A stretch of DNA of 25,918 bases from a virus: the UHGV virus genome UHGV-0362220; one strand, written 5' to 3'. The position numbers were made by a program, and so were the translations under genes. Below, in pieces: positions 17,328-25,221 of this stretch. The notes beneath the pieces are model-generated. The model saw nothing but the letters and a program-made list of their open reading frames with translations, ran no database searches and was not told the DNA's origin. Position 1 is the stretch's first letter; each line of letters begins with the position of its first letter.

Positions 17328-19265
17328 TCAGCCGCCGGACGCACTGCCGTAGTTCACTCCGGTGATCACCGCCACCGCCGCAGTACGGCGACGACGCCAG
17401 TTGATCCAGCGCTCCGCACGGATGGCCACGCTGCCTGTCTGGAACATGGAAACCAGCTCCACCGGGGACGGCGTGGTACTGTCGCCGGTCGGCTCAGACT
17501 GCATTTCCAGTGATGCCTCGCGGGACATATCCACTGCCACGCCGCCGTCATCCGCCAGATAAATATCCGGGGCATTCACCAGCACCAGCTGGTCACCCAC
17601 GTACTGGGAGACAATCACCGGCAGCCCCTGGAAGGAGCCACCCAGCAGGGTCATGTCCGGGTATTCCTTCTGACCCAGCGCATTTTTACGCATGGACAGT
17701 GCCAGGGCATTGGTGCTGGACATCAGCCAGACCGCACCGGTGGGCTGCAGGTTTGCTGCCACAAACTGTCCAAACGCAGCCTCTGCATCCGCATCCGGGT
17801 TACCGGTTGATGCCGTGCCCTTCACATCATGGGTGATGGACGCCGGGGAGACATCTGCCACTGCGGCTTTTTTCGGGTCCACAAAGTCTGTATCCAGACG
17901 CGCCACCACCGCTTCCGCCAGCGCATTACGGACCAGTGCATCAGCAGCCGGACTGGAAAAACGGATCAATTCTTCCGTCAGTACCGCAATGGCCGACACC
18001 TTCGCATGACTGAAGGTGATGGATTCAAAATCAAACTTCGTCAGGGGTTTTGCCTTACCCTCACCCACCCAGCCGGCAGCACCGCCGGACACCTGGGCGT
18101 GCACACGGATATTGAATGGCACCTGACGAAGTGCAGGGATCCCGCCCTGACCAAATCGCCCGATAATGGTCTGCGGACGCAGGTAATCAATAAAGTCCTG
18201 TGCGTATTCCTGATATTCAGACAGGCTGCCTGCCCACTGCGGATCCGTGGTGGTCCCCGCGCCCACTGCCGATTTCAGGACATGATGCAGACGACTGTCA
18301 TCCGGATACTGACGACGGGCCACTTCCAGGGCTTCAGATCGGACGCCTTTAGCCGCAGCCAGCGATTTGGCAAAGCGGGCGAAGCCAATCCCCTTATCCA
18401 GTTTCTGCTCCACACGGATCACCGGCGCAGAAGCCACCGCGGCCACATTCCCGTTACCGGCCTGTTTCACCGGCTGCGCCGTGGCGGCCTTACCGGCTTC
18501 CAGTTCACGCAGGCGCTTCAGGTGCGCATCCACCTGACGGATTTCCGCTGCGGTGTTGTCGTAATGCTCTTCCTCCTCCACATCCAGCGTGCGCCCTTCC
18601 TCTGCGGCTTTGGTCATGACCTCCTCAAGGGAGGCTGCCAGCGCTGCACGCTTGTTTTCAAAACTTTTAATCTGTTCGCCAATATTCATTATGGTCTTTT
18701 CCTTATGAAAAACGGTTGTTGACTGTGCCGCAGCGCCGGCAGAAGATGCGATTTTCACCACCGGTTTCCGGTTGCCGGACGCGGCAGAAAACGGGCGGTC
18801 GTAAGATTTAATGGTCCGGATGGTGCATTCCGCATTCGCGGGCACGGTGACGGCAGACACCTCCATCAGTTCCCAGCGCAGAAAATGCAGTCCGCCTCCG
18901 TCCAGAAAGGTGTATTCATGGGGACGGAAGCCCACGGACAGCCCCCTGACCAGCCCGGTCTTAATGGCCGCCCAGACCTCATCCAGCCGGGCAGCCAGTT
19001 GCGACGGCATATCCGGTACGGGCTTCACCAGTGTTGCCGTGATTTCCAGCCCTTCGCTGACCCGGCGCACCGTACACTGCCCCACCGGGCGGGAATGGTC
19101 ATGCTGCCAGAGAAACGGGATCGCACTGCCAAACTCCGCGCCCTCCGGCTCCAGGATGTCACCATCCCGATCCGGAGAAGGCGTTGACGCAATCCCGGTG
19201 ATCACCCGTTCATCCTCACTGAAGGATTTCACCGTCAGCAGGGAACAGGCCCGTTTAAGAGTCAC
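17328..19265 (-). CDS. prohead protease (S78 family) fused in frame to an HK97-type major capsid protein
   Basis: N-terminus has S78 protease motifs (QHDHSRPVGQ, GLSVGF, ELMEVSAVTVPAN); then a coiled-coil segment and a capsid-like C-terminal half. GTG start at 19265 with AGGAGG 5 nt upstream. An internal in-frame ATG (MNIGEQIKSFENKRAA...) has AAGGAAAAG upstream. Confidence 0.8.
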   Translation of the reverse strand: MTLKRACSLLTVKSFSEDERVITGIASTPSPDRDGDILEPEGAEFGSAIPFLWQHDHSRPVGQCTVRRVSEGLEITATLVKPVPDMPSQLAARLDEVWAAIKTGLVRGLSVGFRPHEYTFLDGGGLHFLRWELMEVSAVTVPANAECTIRTIKSYDRPFSAASGNRKPVVKIASSAGAAAQSTTVFHKEKTIMNIGEQIKSFENKRAALAASLEEVMTKAAEEGRTLDVEEEEHYDNTAAEIRQVDAHLKRLRELEAGKAATAQPVKQAGNGNVAAVASAPVIRVEQKLDKGIGFARFAKSLAAAKGVRSEALEVARRQYPDDSRLHHVLKSAVGAGTTTDPQWAGSLSEYQEYAQDFIDYLRPQTIIGRFGQGGIPALRQVPFNIRVHAQVSGGAAGWVGEGKAKPLTKFDFESITFSHAKVSAIAVLTEELIRFSSPAADALVRNALAEAVVARLDTDFVDPKKAAVADVSPASITHDVKGTASTGNPDADAEAAFGQFVAANLQPTGAVWLMSSTNALALSMRKNALGQKEYPDMTLLGGSFQGLPVIVSQYVGDQLVLVNAPDIYLADDGGVAVDMSREASLEMQSEPTGDSTTPSPVELVSMFQTGSVAIRAERWINWRRRRTAAVAVITGVNYGSASGG

Positions 19266-19282
19266 ATCAGCCTCCTGAAAAT

Positions 19283-19303
19283 AAAAAAACCGCCGGAGCG
19301 GTT
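19283..19303 (-). terminator. hairpin plus U7 tract just upstream of the capsid gene SD
   Basis: Minus-strand RNA: AACCGC, loop UCCG, GCGGUU, then UUUUUUUAUUUUC, then AGGAGG and the GTG start at 19265. Confidence 0.4.
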
Positions 19304-19328
19304 CGTGATGGTTACAGTGTGAACAGGG

Positions 19329-20990
19329 TTATATGAAAAAAACCGCATATTCTTTCTTTTTCGGTTCCGGGTTAAGGGACATCAGGGAGACCGCATTGAA
19401 CAGCGCCATCAGCGGGTCAATTTTTCCCCGTCCACTGGCCTGTTTGGTGATAAGAATGGCGTTACCTTTAGGCTCCACCCGGGCATTGCCGACACACCAG
19501 GCCATCAGGGGCTGGTCACCATGCACCAGCACCCCTTCAGCCAGTTTGCGCTCGGTGGTTTTAATGGCCCCGCCCAGTTTCCAGCCCTGGCTTATCCCCA
19601 CCACAATTCCGTCGGGGATCCCGGCTTCCGCCAGTGAATCCAGAATCTGCCCCACCCCTGACGGGTCAATACCGATATGGTCCAGTAACTCAGCCTCATG
19701 AATGCGACGCACATATTCCGCCACTTCCGCCGTGTCATCCCCGACACGCCGGACAATGGTCATATCTCCACAGGCAACAAGATCCTGAAACCGGGACGCC
19801 TCGCTCTTCCGTCGGACCACCGCGGTTTCATGCGCCCAGGCATGGCCCCAGCCCAGCCATTCGCGGGTCTCCCGGTCACGCCCAATCACATACATCCCCA
19901 GCAGATCATCCAGCCCTCCGCCGTCAATCCCCACCGTCACCACATCAGCACGACGCAGGATATCGTCCAGGCTGATACAACGGCCCTGCTCTTCCCAGAA
20001 ATCAGCCCCCGCCCAGCGGTCAGAGCGCAGGGCAAGACCAATTTCCACATTGGCGTGTTTTGACATGAACCCCCGGAATGTCTCTTCACCGGCTTCCCGG
20101 GCTTTACGGTACTCCCGGTACAGAAAGGCCTCATCCACTGAATAGCCGAGATTCGGATTGACCATGGCGAGGTTTTCCATCAGCAGGTTAGTCCCGCTTT
20201 CCACCATTTCAGGAGGGTGTTCAAATATCACCGGCAGAAAGTGCGGATCATGAATTTTGCCGTCGCGCACATCCCGGGCGTACTGCAGTTTCTGTCTGAA
20301 CACCCCGGCGGGCGGTTCATTCGACTGGGTGGTCGTATACACCACAAACCCTTCCGGGCGGGAGGCAAGGCCGCCTATGGCTTCACGTAACATGTCCTCC
20401 GCCTTGCACTGCTTGCCAAACAGCCACAACTCATCAATCAGCGTACCCACGGACTTGATACCGGACACCGTATTCGGATCGGCTGCCACCACCTTCAGGG
20501 TGGTGTCCGTCACTCGGTGGGTGATGGTCCGGATATGGGTCTGTACCTGGCAGAGGTCATCCAGATCATCGTCACGTCGTACCATATCCCGGGCAGGGTT
20601 GAAGGCGTTGGCCGCCACCTCCACAGTCGGGGCCAGAATCGTGTAACCCGCCGCCTGCCGCCAGTTCAGTAACAGTGCAGTCATCATGATCCCCGCGGCC
20701 AGCGTGGACTTCGAGTTTTTCTTGGGGATAAGGATAAAAACTTCCTTGATATGGCGTACACCGGTCTGCGCATCGTAGGAGCCAAACAGGGCCGCCACCA
20801 GGTCAAACACCCACGGTGCACAGGACTCCCCGAACGTAGGGCTACCAGGTGCATCCACAATCCGCAGTTGTTTAAAAATCGCCAGGGCATGTGCGGCCTC
20901 GTCCGGATAAATCGGATCCGGAATAATCGACAGCCCCTTTTTCAGGCGCTCTGCCCAGTCCGGGCAGGCTGTGCTCCATACAGGTATCAT
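19329..20990 (-). CDS. terL: terminase large subunit
   Basis: Walker A-like ILIPKKNSKST, Walker B-like LIDELWLF, and a C-terminal acidic nuclease-type region (VVTVGIDGGGLDDLLGMYVIG); start overlaps the terS stop as ATGA. Confidence 0.9.
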   Translation of the reverse strand: MIPVWSTACPDWAERLKKGLSIIPDPIYPDEAAHALAIFKQLRIVDAPGSPTFGESCAPWVFDLVAALFGSYDAQTGVRHIKEVFILIPKKNSKSTLAAGIMMTALLLNWRQAAGYTILAPTVEVAANAFNPARDMVRRDDDLDDLCQVQTHIRTITHRVTDTTLKVVAADPNTVSGIKSVGTLIDELWLFGKQCKAEDMLREAIGGLASRPEGFVVYTTTQSNEPPAGVFRQKLQYARDVRDGKIHDPHFLPVIFEHPPEMVESGTNLLMENLAMVNPNLGYSVDEAFLYREYRKAREAGEETFRGFMSKHANVEIGLALRSDRWAGADFWEEQGRCISLDDILRRADVVTVGIDGGGLDDLLGMYVIGRDRETREWLGWGHAWAHETAVVRRKSEASRFQDLVACGDMTIVRRVGDDTAEVAEYVRRIHEAELLDHIGIDPSGVGQILDSLAEAGIPDGIVVGISQGWKLGGAIKTTERKLAEGVLVHGDQPLMAWCVGNARVEPKGNAILITKQASGRGKIDPLMALFNAVSLMSLNPEPKKKEYAVFFI

Positions 20991-21550
20991 CCGTTGCCCT
21001 CATTATCGTTATTCACCACCAGTCGGGGGGGCGGTGGCACCGCAAAACGGTTAGCCGCTTTTTTCGCGGCATCACCTTTTGCCGATTTTTTCCCGGTATC
21101 CCCTTTTTTATGGTGCGTGAACTGCGCCAGACGCCAGGCCGCATCCAGTGCCAGTTTCGGATCAATGCAGAGGTTTTCCACCAGGATCCGCCCCATGGCT
21201 TTCACCGGATCGGGAAGACCATCCTCCATATATTCAATACCAGGAGACATCACCGCGGACGGTGGCATCTCCAGATTGTTTTCGTCCGGCTGTGGTATTG
21301 CAGCCGCCTCACGGCGACGGGGTTTATCCTCCTGCTCTGATTTTTTCTGCCGGTAAACAGGAACCTCATCCACCTCCACCGTCTCGCATTGTTTACGGGC
21401 TATAAACGCAAGCACCTCAGGATCTTTTGCCAGCTGCGAGCCTTTAACCCTGGCGGTCTTCGCCGAATAACCGGCGGCAATGGCTGACGCTGTTTTGTTT
21501 TTCCCGGACATGAGCGCCAGCGCAAATTTTCGTTTTTGCGTTGTCAGCAC
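20987..21550 (-). CDS. terS: terminase small subunit (N-terminal helix-turn-helix type)
   Basis: N-terminal KRKFALALMSGKNKTASAIAAGYSAKTARVKGSQL matches the small-terminase HTH pattern; coupled to terL. GTG start at 21550 is uncertain. Confidence 0.8.
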   Translation of the reverse strand: MLTTQKRKFALALMSGKNKTASAIAAGYSAKTARVKGSQLAKDPEVLAFIARKQCETVEVDEVPVYRQKKSEQEDKPRRREAAAIPQPDENNLEMPPSAVMSPGIEYMEDGLPDPVKAMGRILVENLCIDPKLALDAAWRLAQFTHHKKGDTGKKSAKGDAAKKAANRFAVPPPPRLVVNNDNEGNG

Positions 21551-21626
21551 AGCCTCCTCCCGGGTCCAGAACGCACTCAGCCGGGTATGGTTCAGCCCAT
21601 TTTTCCCGGCGTCTCATGCCGCAAAT

Positions 21627-21746
21627 GTTAACTGCTGCCTGGTTAACATTTGCTGAAAAAGCCTGTTAACATTTTTTCCGCACAACAAACTGAATAATAA
21701 AGATAAAAACCGCAAAAATGCCCGGGCAGCCAGTTAACATGTTAAC
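21627..21746. promoter_or_regulatory. cluster of five GTTAAC palindromes upstream of terS; candidate terminase recognition (cos/pac-proximal) region
   Basis: GTTAAC at 21627, 21642, 21665, 21733 and 21741, two of them in the direct repeat GTTAACATTT, within the 290-bp HNH-terS intergenic region. Confidence 0.4.
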
Positions 21747-21840
21747 TGCCCTGAAACGGGAATTTTTTCTCTGCGTGAGAGGGGGCGCGGTGTCCAAAGC
21801 GATCGTTTTTTACGCCGGATGATACCCCCCCCGGGTTGGG

Positions 21841-22206
21841 TTACAGTCCGATGATGTCGTCCTCTCTGCCACTACCTCCGGACACCTCCGGCAGCGTCGG
21901 GTCCGGCATACCACTCGCCGCTTCACGAGCAGACTTTTGTCGATGGCATTCGGCACAGAGCGTCCAAAGATTCGTCTCCTCATTACCACCACCGAACTGA
22001 AGTGCAATTCGGTGATCGAGTTCACTGTCACAGAGGTCAACCACACGACCACAGATACAGCACTGCCCGGCGTCCCTCAGCCAGATATGACGCTTGAGGG
22101 AAACACGTGCACTGCCACTGACACGACGCTGCTCCCCCTTCAGAATATTCACCCGTCGGGTATTCAGTGTTTTGATTCTGCTCTGGAGTGTACGAAGCTC
22201 AGCCAT
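21841..22206 (-). CDS. HNH homing-type endonuclease (terminase-associated)
   Basis: Classic HNH motif: CCICGR...DHRIALQFGG...NLWTLCAECHRQK. Lies immediately upstream of the terminase genes. Confidence 0.9.
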   Translation of the reverse strand: MAELRTLQSRIKTLNTRRVNILKGEQRRVSGSARVSLKRHIWLRDAGQCCICGRVVDLCDSELDHRIALQFGGGNEETNLWTLCAECHRQKSAREAASGMPDPTLPEVSGGSGREDDIIGL

Positions 22207-22247
22207 GTAAAATCCCCGTCATATGGCAATCAGTAAAGGAAATAAAT

Positions 22248-22448
22248 ATGTCATCGAAAAACCGGACCCGCAGAACCACAACCCGCAATATCCGTTTCCC
22301 CAATCACATAATTGAACAGATCAACATCGCCCTTGAGCATAAAGGGTCCGGTAACTTTTCAGCGTGGGTTATTGAAGCCTGCAGGAGAAGGCTGGCAACA
22401 GATGCAACGCATCTGCGCCCGGCCAGCATGACAAATAACGAGAAATGA
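22248..22448 (+). CDS. YlcI-like (DUF3950-type) small protein, 66 aa
   Basis: ATG at 22248 with AAGGA 7 nt upstream; MSSKNRTRRTTTRNIRFPN...GSGNFSAWVIEACRRRL resembles the prophage YlcI family as recalled. On the opposite strand to the late operon. Confidence 0.65.
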   Translation: MSSKNRTRRTTTRNIRFPNHIIEQINIALEHKGSGNFSAWVIEACRRRLATDATHLRPASMTNNEK

Positions 22449-22646
22449 ACGTTCGGTTTCTTCCACCATCGCACCGGACAGGCGACTATGAGGGGACAAC
22501 GCCGCGCTCCGTTAACGCGGTAAACCCCGGTGTGTATCGTTTTTGATTATCCCCGCACACTCGCGCAGAGGAGTCTCCCTGTCGGGCTGCGGTCTCTGTT
22601 AATGCAGGAATACGGCGACAATACCGCGCATGGATAATAAGGTCGC

Positions 22647-22862
22647 TCAACACACTGGCTGTAATACCATGCGGCATTTAGCGGCATTCATCGTACACTC
22701 CACGGTTAGCTCTTCATTCGTGGCATTCACCTGAAAGGTCCGGGAGTGTAATTGCGTACATTTACCACTGAACGAACCTTCAACAAGAACACGACCACGC
22801 TGCAAAATACGGAACGGAATTGTTCCCTGAAAAGGTTCTACGGTTACCCGTAATTTCTTCAT
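22647..22862 (-). CDS. hypothetical protein (71 aa), translationally coupled to Rz
   Basis: ATG overlaps the Rz stop (ATGA at 22859..22862) with GGAGGA 4 nt upstream. [13 protein letters not shown]...; no family recognised. Confidence 0.5.
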   Translation of the reverse strand: MKKLRVTVEPFQGTIPFRILQRGRVLVEGSFSGKCTQLHSRTFQVNATNEELTVECTMNAAKCRMVLQPVC

Positions 22863-23353
22863 GTATCCTCCGGATAATAAAAAGCCAGCTTAGTGCACTG
22901 AGTGCGGATATATTCCTGCGCCCCTTCCAGCTGCTTCTGCATTGTCATCAACCGTTCTCTGAGGATGAAATAATCCCGTTCAGCGGTGTCTGCCAGTCGG
23001 GGGCCGGTTGCATTATCCACGCTGGAGGTGCCGGTGGCTTCACGCACGGTACCGGGGCAGGTGGCGTTGACCCGCAGGCGCTTACGACCAGCGGCAACAT
23101 CAGCGCGCAGAGTTTCATTTTCAGCTCTCGCATCGGCTAATTCCTTCGTGTATCTGGCATCAAGCGCAGCGACATCTCGCTGGCGCTGCTGCATGTCAGT
23201 AATAGTGGCATTCGCCAGTTTCAGCTCACTGACTTTTTTATCGCGCTGCGCTTTGTAGGTGATGGCGTTATCGCGGTAATGATTCAGCCCCAGACTAAGC
23301 ACACCACAGGCTACCAGCATGACAATAATCACCACACACAGAACACGGTTCAT
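22859..23353 (-). CDS. Rz: i-spanin Rz
   Basis: From ATG 23353 ([17 protein letters not shown]...[16 protein letters not shown]...[23 protein letters not shown]) matches lambda Rz as recalled. The listed 192-aa ORF is a GTG-initiated upstream extension. Confidence 0.9.
   Translation of the reverse strand: MNRVLCVVIIVMLVACGVLSLGLNHYRDNAITYKAQRDKKVSELKLANATITDMQQRQRDVAALDARYTKELADARAENETLRADVAAGRKRLRVNATCPGTVREATGTSSVDNATGPRLADTAERDYFILRERLMTMQKQLEGAQEYIRTQCTKLAFYYPEDT
22948..23133 (-). CDS. Rz1: o-spanin Rz1 (lipoprotein), embedded in Rz in the +1 frame
   Basis: [25 protein letters not shown]...[27 protein letters not shown] matches lambda Rz1; lipobox VSAC; proline-rich mature part. Confidence 0.85.
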   Translation of the reverse strand: MRELKMKLCALMLPLVVSACGSTPPAPVPCVKPPAPPAWIMQPAPDWQTPLNGIISSSENG

Positions 23354-23354
23354 A

Positions 23355-23441
23355 TCACCACCAACGGATTGCCCAGACCAGAACAGCAATGGCCACAATA
23401 CGAATGGCAAATGCCATTGCCCGAATAAGTTCAGCACTCAT
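23355..23441 (-). CDS. candidate 28-aa hydrophobic peptide immediately upstream of Rz
   Basis: ATG 23441 to TGA 23357..23355 ([28 protein letters not shown]); the stop overlaps the Rz start region (UGAUAUG). Weak SD (AAAAAG). Absent from the ORF track because it is under 60 aa. Confidence 0.3.
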   Translation of the reverse strand: MSAELIRAMAFAIRIVAIAVLVWAIRWW

Positions 23442-23705
23442 CTTTTTAAAGTTCACGATTTCAGCGCAATGACCAGTTTTGCCAGCCCATACAGCATCGG
23501 AGACACAGCAATACCAACAGCCACCCACTTAATAGCAAAAGCCAGCGCTCTGCTGATGTCATCAGTCACTGTCACCCCAGCAGCCCCGACGAAGACAACA
23601 TCACCCAGGCGAGGGACAGAAAAAGAGCAACCAGCATTAGTGAAAATGAAATACCGACAATCACACACAGGACCTTTGCCGGCGTTATGAGTTTGTCTGA
23701 CATAG

Positions 23706-23801
23706 CTACCCCTTAATTGCCACAATTAACTGGGATACTACCCATAAAAAAGGGATGCTCCAGACCAGCAAAAATTTCCAGTTTGGTAATTGACTAATCA
23801 T
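23706..23801 (-). CDS. candidate 31-aa single-transmembrane peptide between endolysin and Rz
   Basis: ATG at 23801 with AGGGAG 9 nt upstream (MISQLPNWKFLLVWSIPFLWVVSQLIVAIKG). Nested as an in-frame internal start in the listed 70-aa ORF, whose GTG start lies inside the terminator hairpin. Confidence 0.35.
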   Translation of the reverse strand: MISQLPNWKFLLVWSIPFLWVVSQLIVAIKG

Positions 23802-23865
23802 GAGTCGCAACTCCCTAATCAGTTTGCTAAAATCAATCAAGGCAGCCTCCCATAGCTTACTGCCA

Positions 23866-23910
23866 TAAAAACAAAACCCCGCTTGCTGCCAACAAACGGG
23901 GTTTTTACTT
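23866..23910. terminator. bidirectional intrinsic terminator inside the lysis cassette, between endolysin and Rz
   Basis: 9-bp stem AAAACCCCG (23873..23881) / CGGGGTTTT (23897..23905), 15-nt loop; U-rich tracts follow on both strands (plus UUUUUACUUUU; minus UUUUGUUUUUAU). Confidence 0.6.
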
Positions 23911-23995
23911 TTATTCACTTAGGTTTTGCCAGTTCACAGGACTTCGTGTTATCCGCCCGCGTTGGCCAACCTCATTTTTCAGCAAAATATTCTGC

Positions 23996-24529
23996 TTATC
24001 TGTCGATTCCCCAGCACGCCAGCGCGCTCTCCTGGTCACGACGGAATACCTGACCGTAACAGTTATTTGAGCGAATACGGCAGTCTCTGCCACCGTCCTT
24101 AATCCACCAGCGAATCGCTTCGCATGCTCCCCTGCGATCACCTGCATTAATTCGTCTGTAAAACGTCGACGGGAAACACTTACCGGGACCAATGTTGTAC
24201 GGACAGAATGACGCGATCCCCGCTTTCTGGGGTTCGGTCAATGGCACTTTGATGTTTTTCTCCACCCATGCCAGCGCCTTATCACGCTCAATGGCGTTAA
24301 CCCGGTCGCATTTTTCCTTCGACAACTTCATGCCCGGAACGACAGGTTTGCCATCCACCAGGATGGCACCGCGGCAGATGGTCCAGATACCCGCGCCATC
24401 ACGGTATGCCGTGGTGTGGTTACCTTCCTTTTCATCCAGAAACTGGTCGAGAATGTCAGGCGCAGGCGCACCAGCGGCAATCAGCGCCAGAACGGCAGCC
24501 GACAGGCCGTATCTGATTTTTGCGTTCAT
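23996..24529 (-). CDS. endolysin, T4-lysozyme (GH24) type with N-terminal signal-anchor-release (SAR) segment
   Basis: Catalytic triad spacing E-9-D-6-T in LDEKEGNHTTAYRDGAGIWT; Gly/Ala-rich weakly hydrophobic N-terminus (GLSAAVLALIAAGAPA); eight cysteines in the catalytic domain. Confidence 0.9.
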   Translation of the reverse strand: MNAKIRYGLSAAVLALIAAGAPAPDILDQFLDEKEGNHTTAYRDGAGIWTICRGAILVDGKPVVPGMKLSKEKCDRVNAIERDKALAWVEKNIKVPLTEPQKAGIASFCPYNIGPGKCFPSTFYRRINAGDRRGACEAIRWWIKDGGRDCRIRSNNCYGQVFRRDQESALACWGIDR

Positions 24530-24634
24530 GGATATTTATCAGGATTTATCGGTTTCTGAGCCCTGGATATGTTTATCAGTTCCAGCCTGTTGCCTCAGGC
24601 TGCTAACAGGTCAATACAATCATGAGGATTATTT

Positions 24635-24907
24635 ATGGACAATAACACCATTTCTCTACAGGAGTTGCTCGACAGCATTTCCAGGCTTCGGGAAGACGTG
24701 AATACCCTTACCGTCGCCTTCTCATATCTGGCATTCTCAATTCCAAGGGAACAGATGCAATCAACGCTGGCATCAATCCAGTTTGAATCATGCAATCCCA
24801 AATGGTCTCAGGAACAACAAGACTCTTTCAGGCGGCTTGCTGTATTACTGGATGAAAAATATGCTGGTAAAATTACCATTTCGGCGGACTCTTCAGAGAA
24901 CCCGTAA
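24635..24907 (+). CDS. hypothetical protein (90 aa) encoded antisense within the lysis cassette
   Basis: ATG 24635 with GAGGA 7-9 nt upstream; protein-like helical sequence; rare codons (AGG, CGG, CTA) and locally lower GC suggest foreign origin; 3' end overlaps the YdfR-like ORF by 35 nt. Confidence 0.45.
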   Translation: MDNNTISLQELLDSISRLREDVNTLTVAFSYLAFSIPREQMQSTLASIQFESCNPKWSQEQQDSFRRLAVLLDEKYAGKITISADSSENP

Positions 24908-25217
24908 TTATTCCCGGTAGTTTTCCTCTGTAGGTTATCAACACATCCTGCGCCTCTAAAATTACGGGGCGCTTTTCCGGCGACTGCTCATCCCCTTCAC
25001 ATAACCCGGCAGCAACATCCAGGAAGACCTGTCTGATGCTCCTTCTGGCTGCTGCCTCATAAAACTCCAGCGCGGCACCTTCAACACGGTCCAGCGAGAT
25101 GTCCAGGTCAAAAATTTCACCGTCAAAGCGTTTTTTGTCCCGTAACGCTAAAGTTACCGTAACTTTATTCTCAAAATTGCGGATCCCTTTCACAATCAGT
25201 TCATAGTTTTGAGTCAT
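24873..25217 (-). CDS. YdfR-like hypothetical protein (114 aa) between holin and endolysin
   Basis: ATG 25217 lies 4 nt after the holin stop with GGGGAGAG upstream. Similar position to ydfR between the holin and lysozyme genes of E. coli prophage Qin (recalled, not verified). Confidence 0.55.
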   Translation of the reverse strand: MTQNYELIVKGIRNFENKVTVTLALRDKKRFDGEIFDLDISLDRVEGAALEFYEAAARRSIRQVFLDVAAGLCEGDEQSPEKRPVILEAQDVLITYRGKLPGIITGSLKSPPKW

Positions 25218-25221
25218 TGAA

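Noticed and set aside
22449-22646. Possible tRNA or CRISPR-like structure in GC-rich untranslated regions
   Set aside because: No cloverleaf-compatible T-arm or anticodon stem arrangement and no repeat-spacer periodicity here or anywhere in the window; only short isolated hairpins.
22486-22677. 63-aa minus-strand ORF in the convergent region after the 71-aa gene
   Set aside because: Overlaps the end of the coupled 71-aa ORF in another frame, lacks an SD and is Arg/Cys-rich; treated as non-coding.
22859-23437. 192-aa extended Rz ORF with GTG start at 23437
   Set aside because: Homology to lambda Rz begins at the internal ATG (23353); the extension is read in another frame as the candidate 28-aa peptide ORF.
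23453-23725. 90-aa minus-strand ORF (TTG start) and 123-aa plus-strand ORF (23319..23690) in the endolysin-Rz gap
   Set aside because: Non-ATG start without SD, odd Trp/Cys-rich N-terminus, mutually overlapping and antisense to Rz; not convincing as genes, though a shorter real product cannot be excluded.
24595-24801. 68-aa minus-strand ORF antisense to the 90-aa plus-strand gene
   Set aside because: No SD and a poor protein-like sequence; the plus-strand ORF has the better start context.
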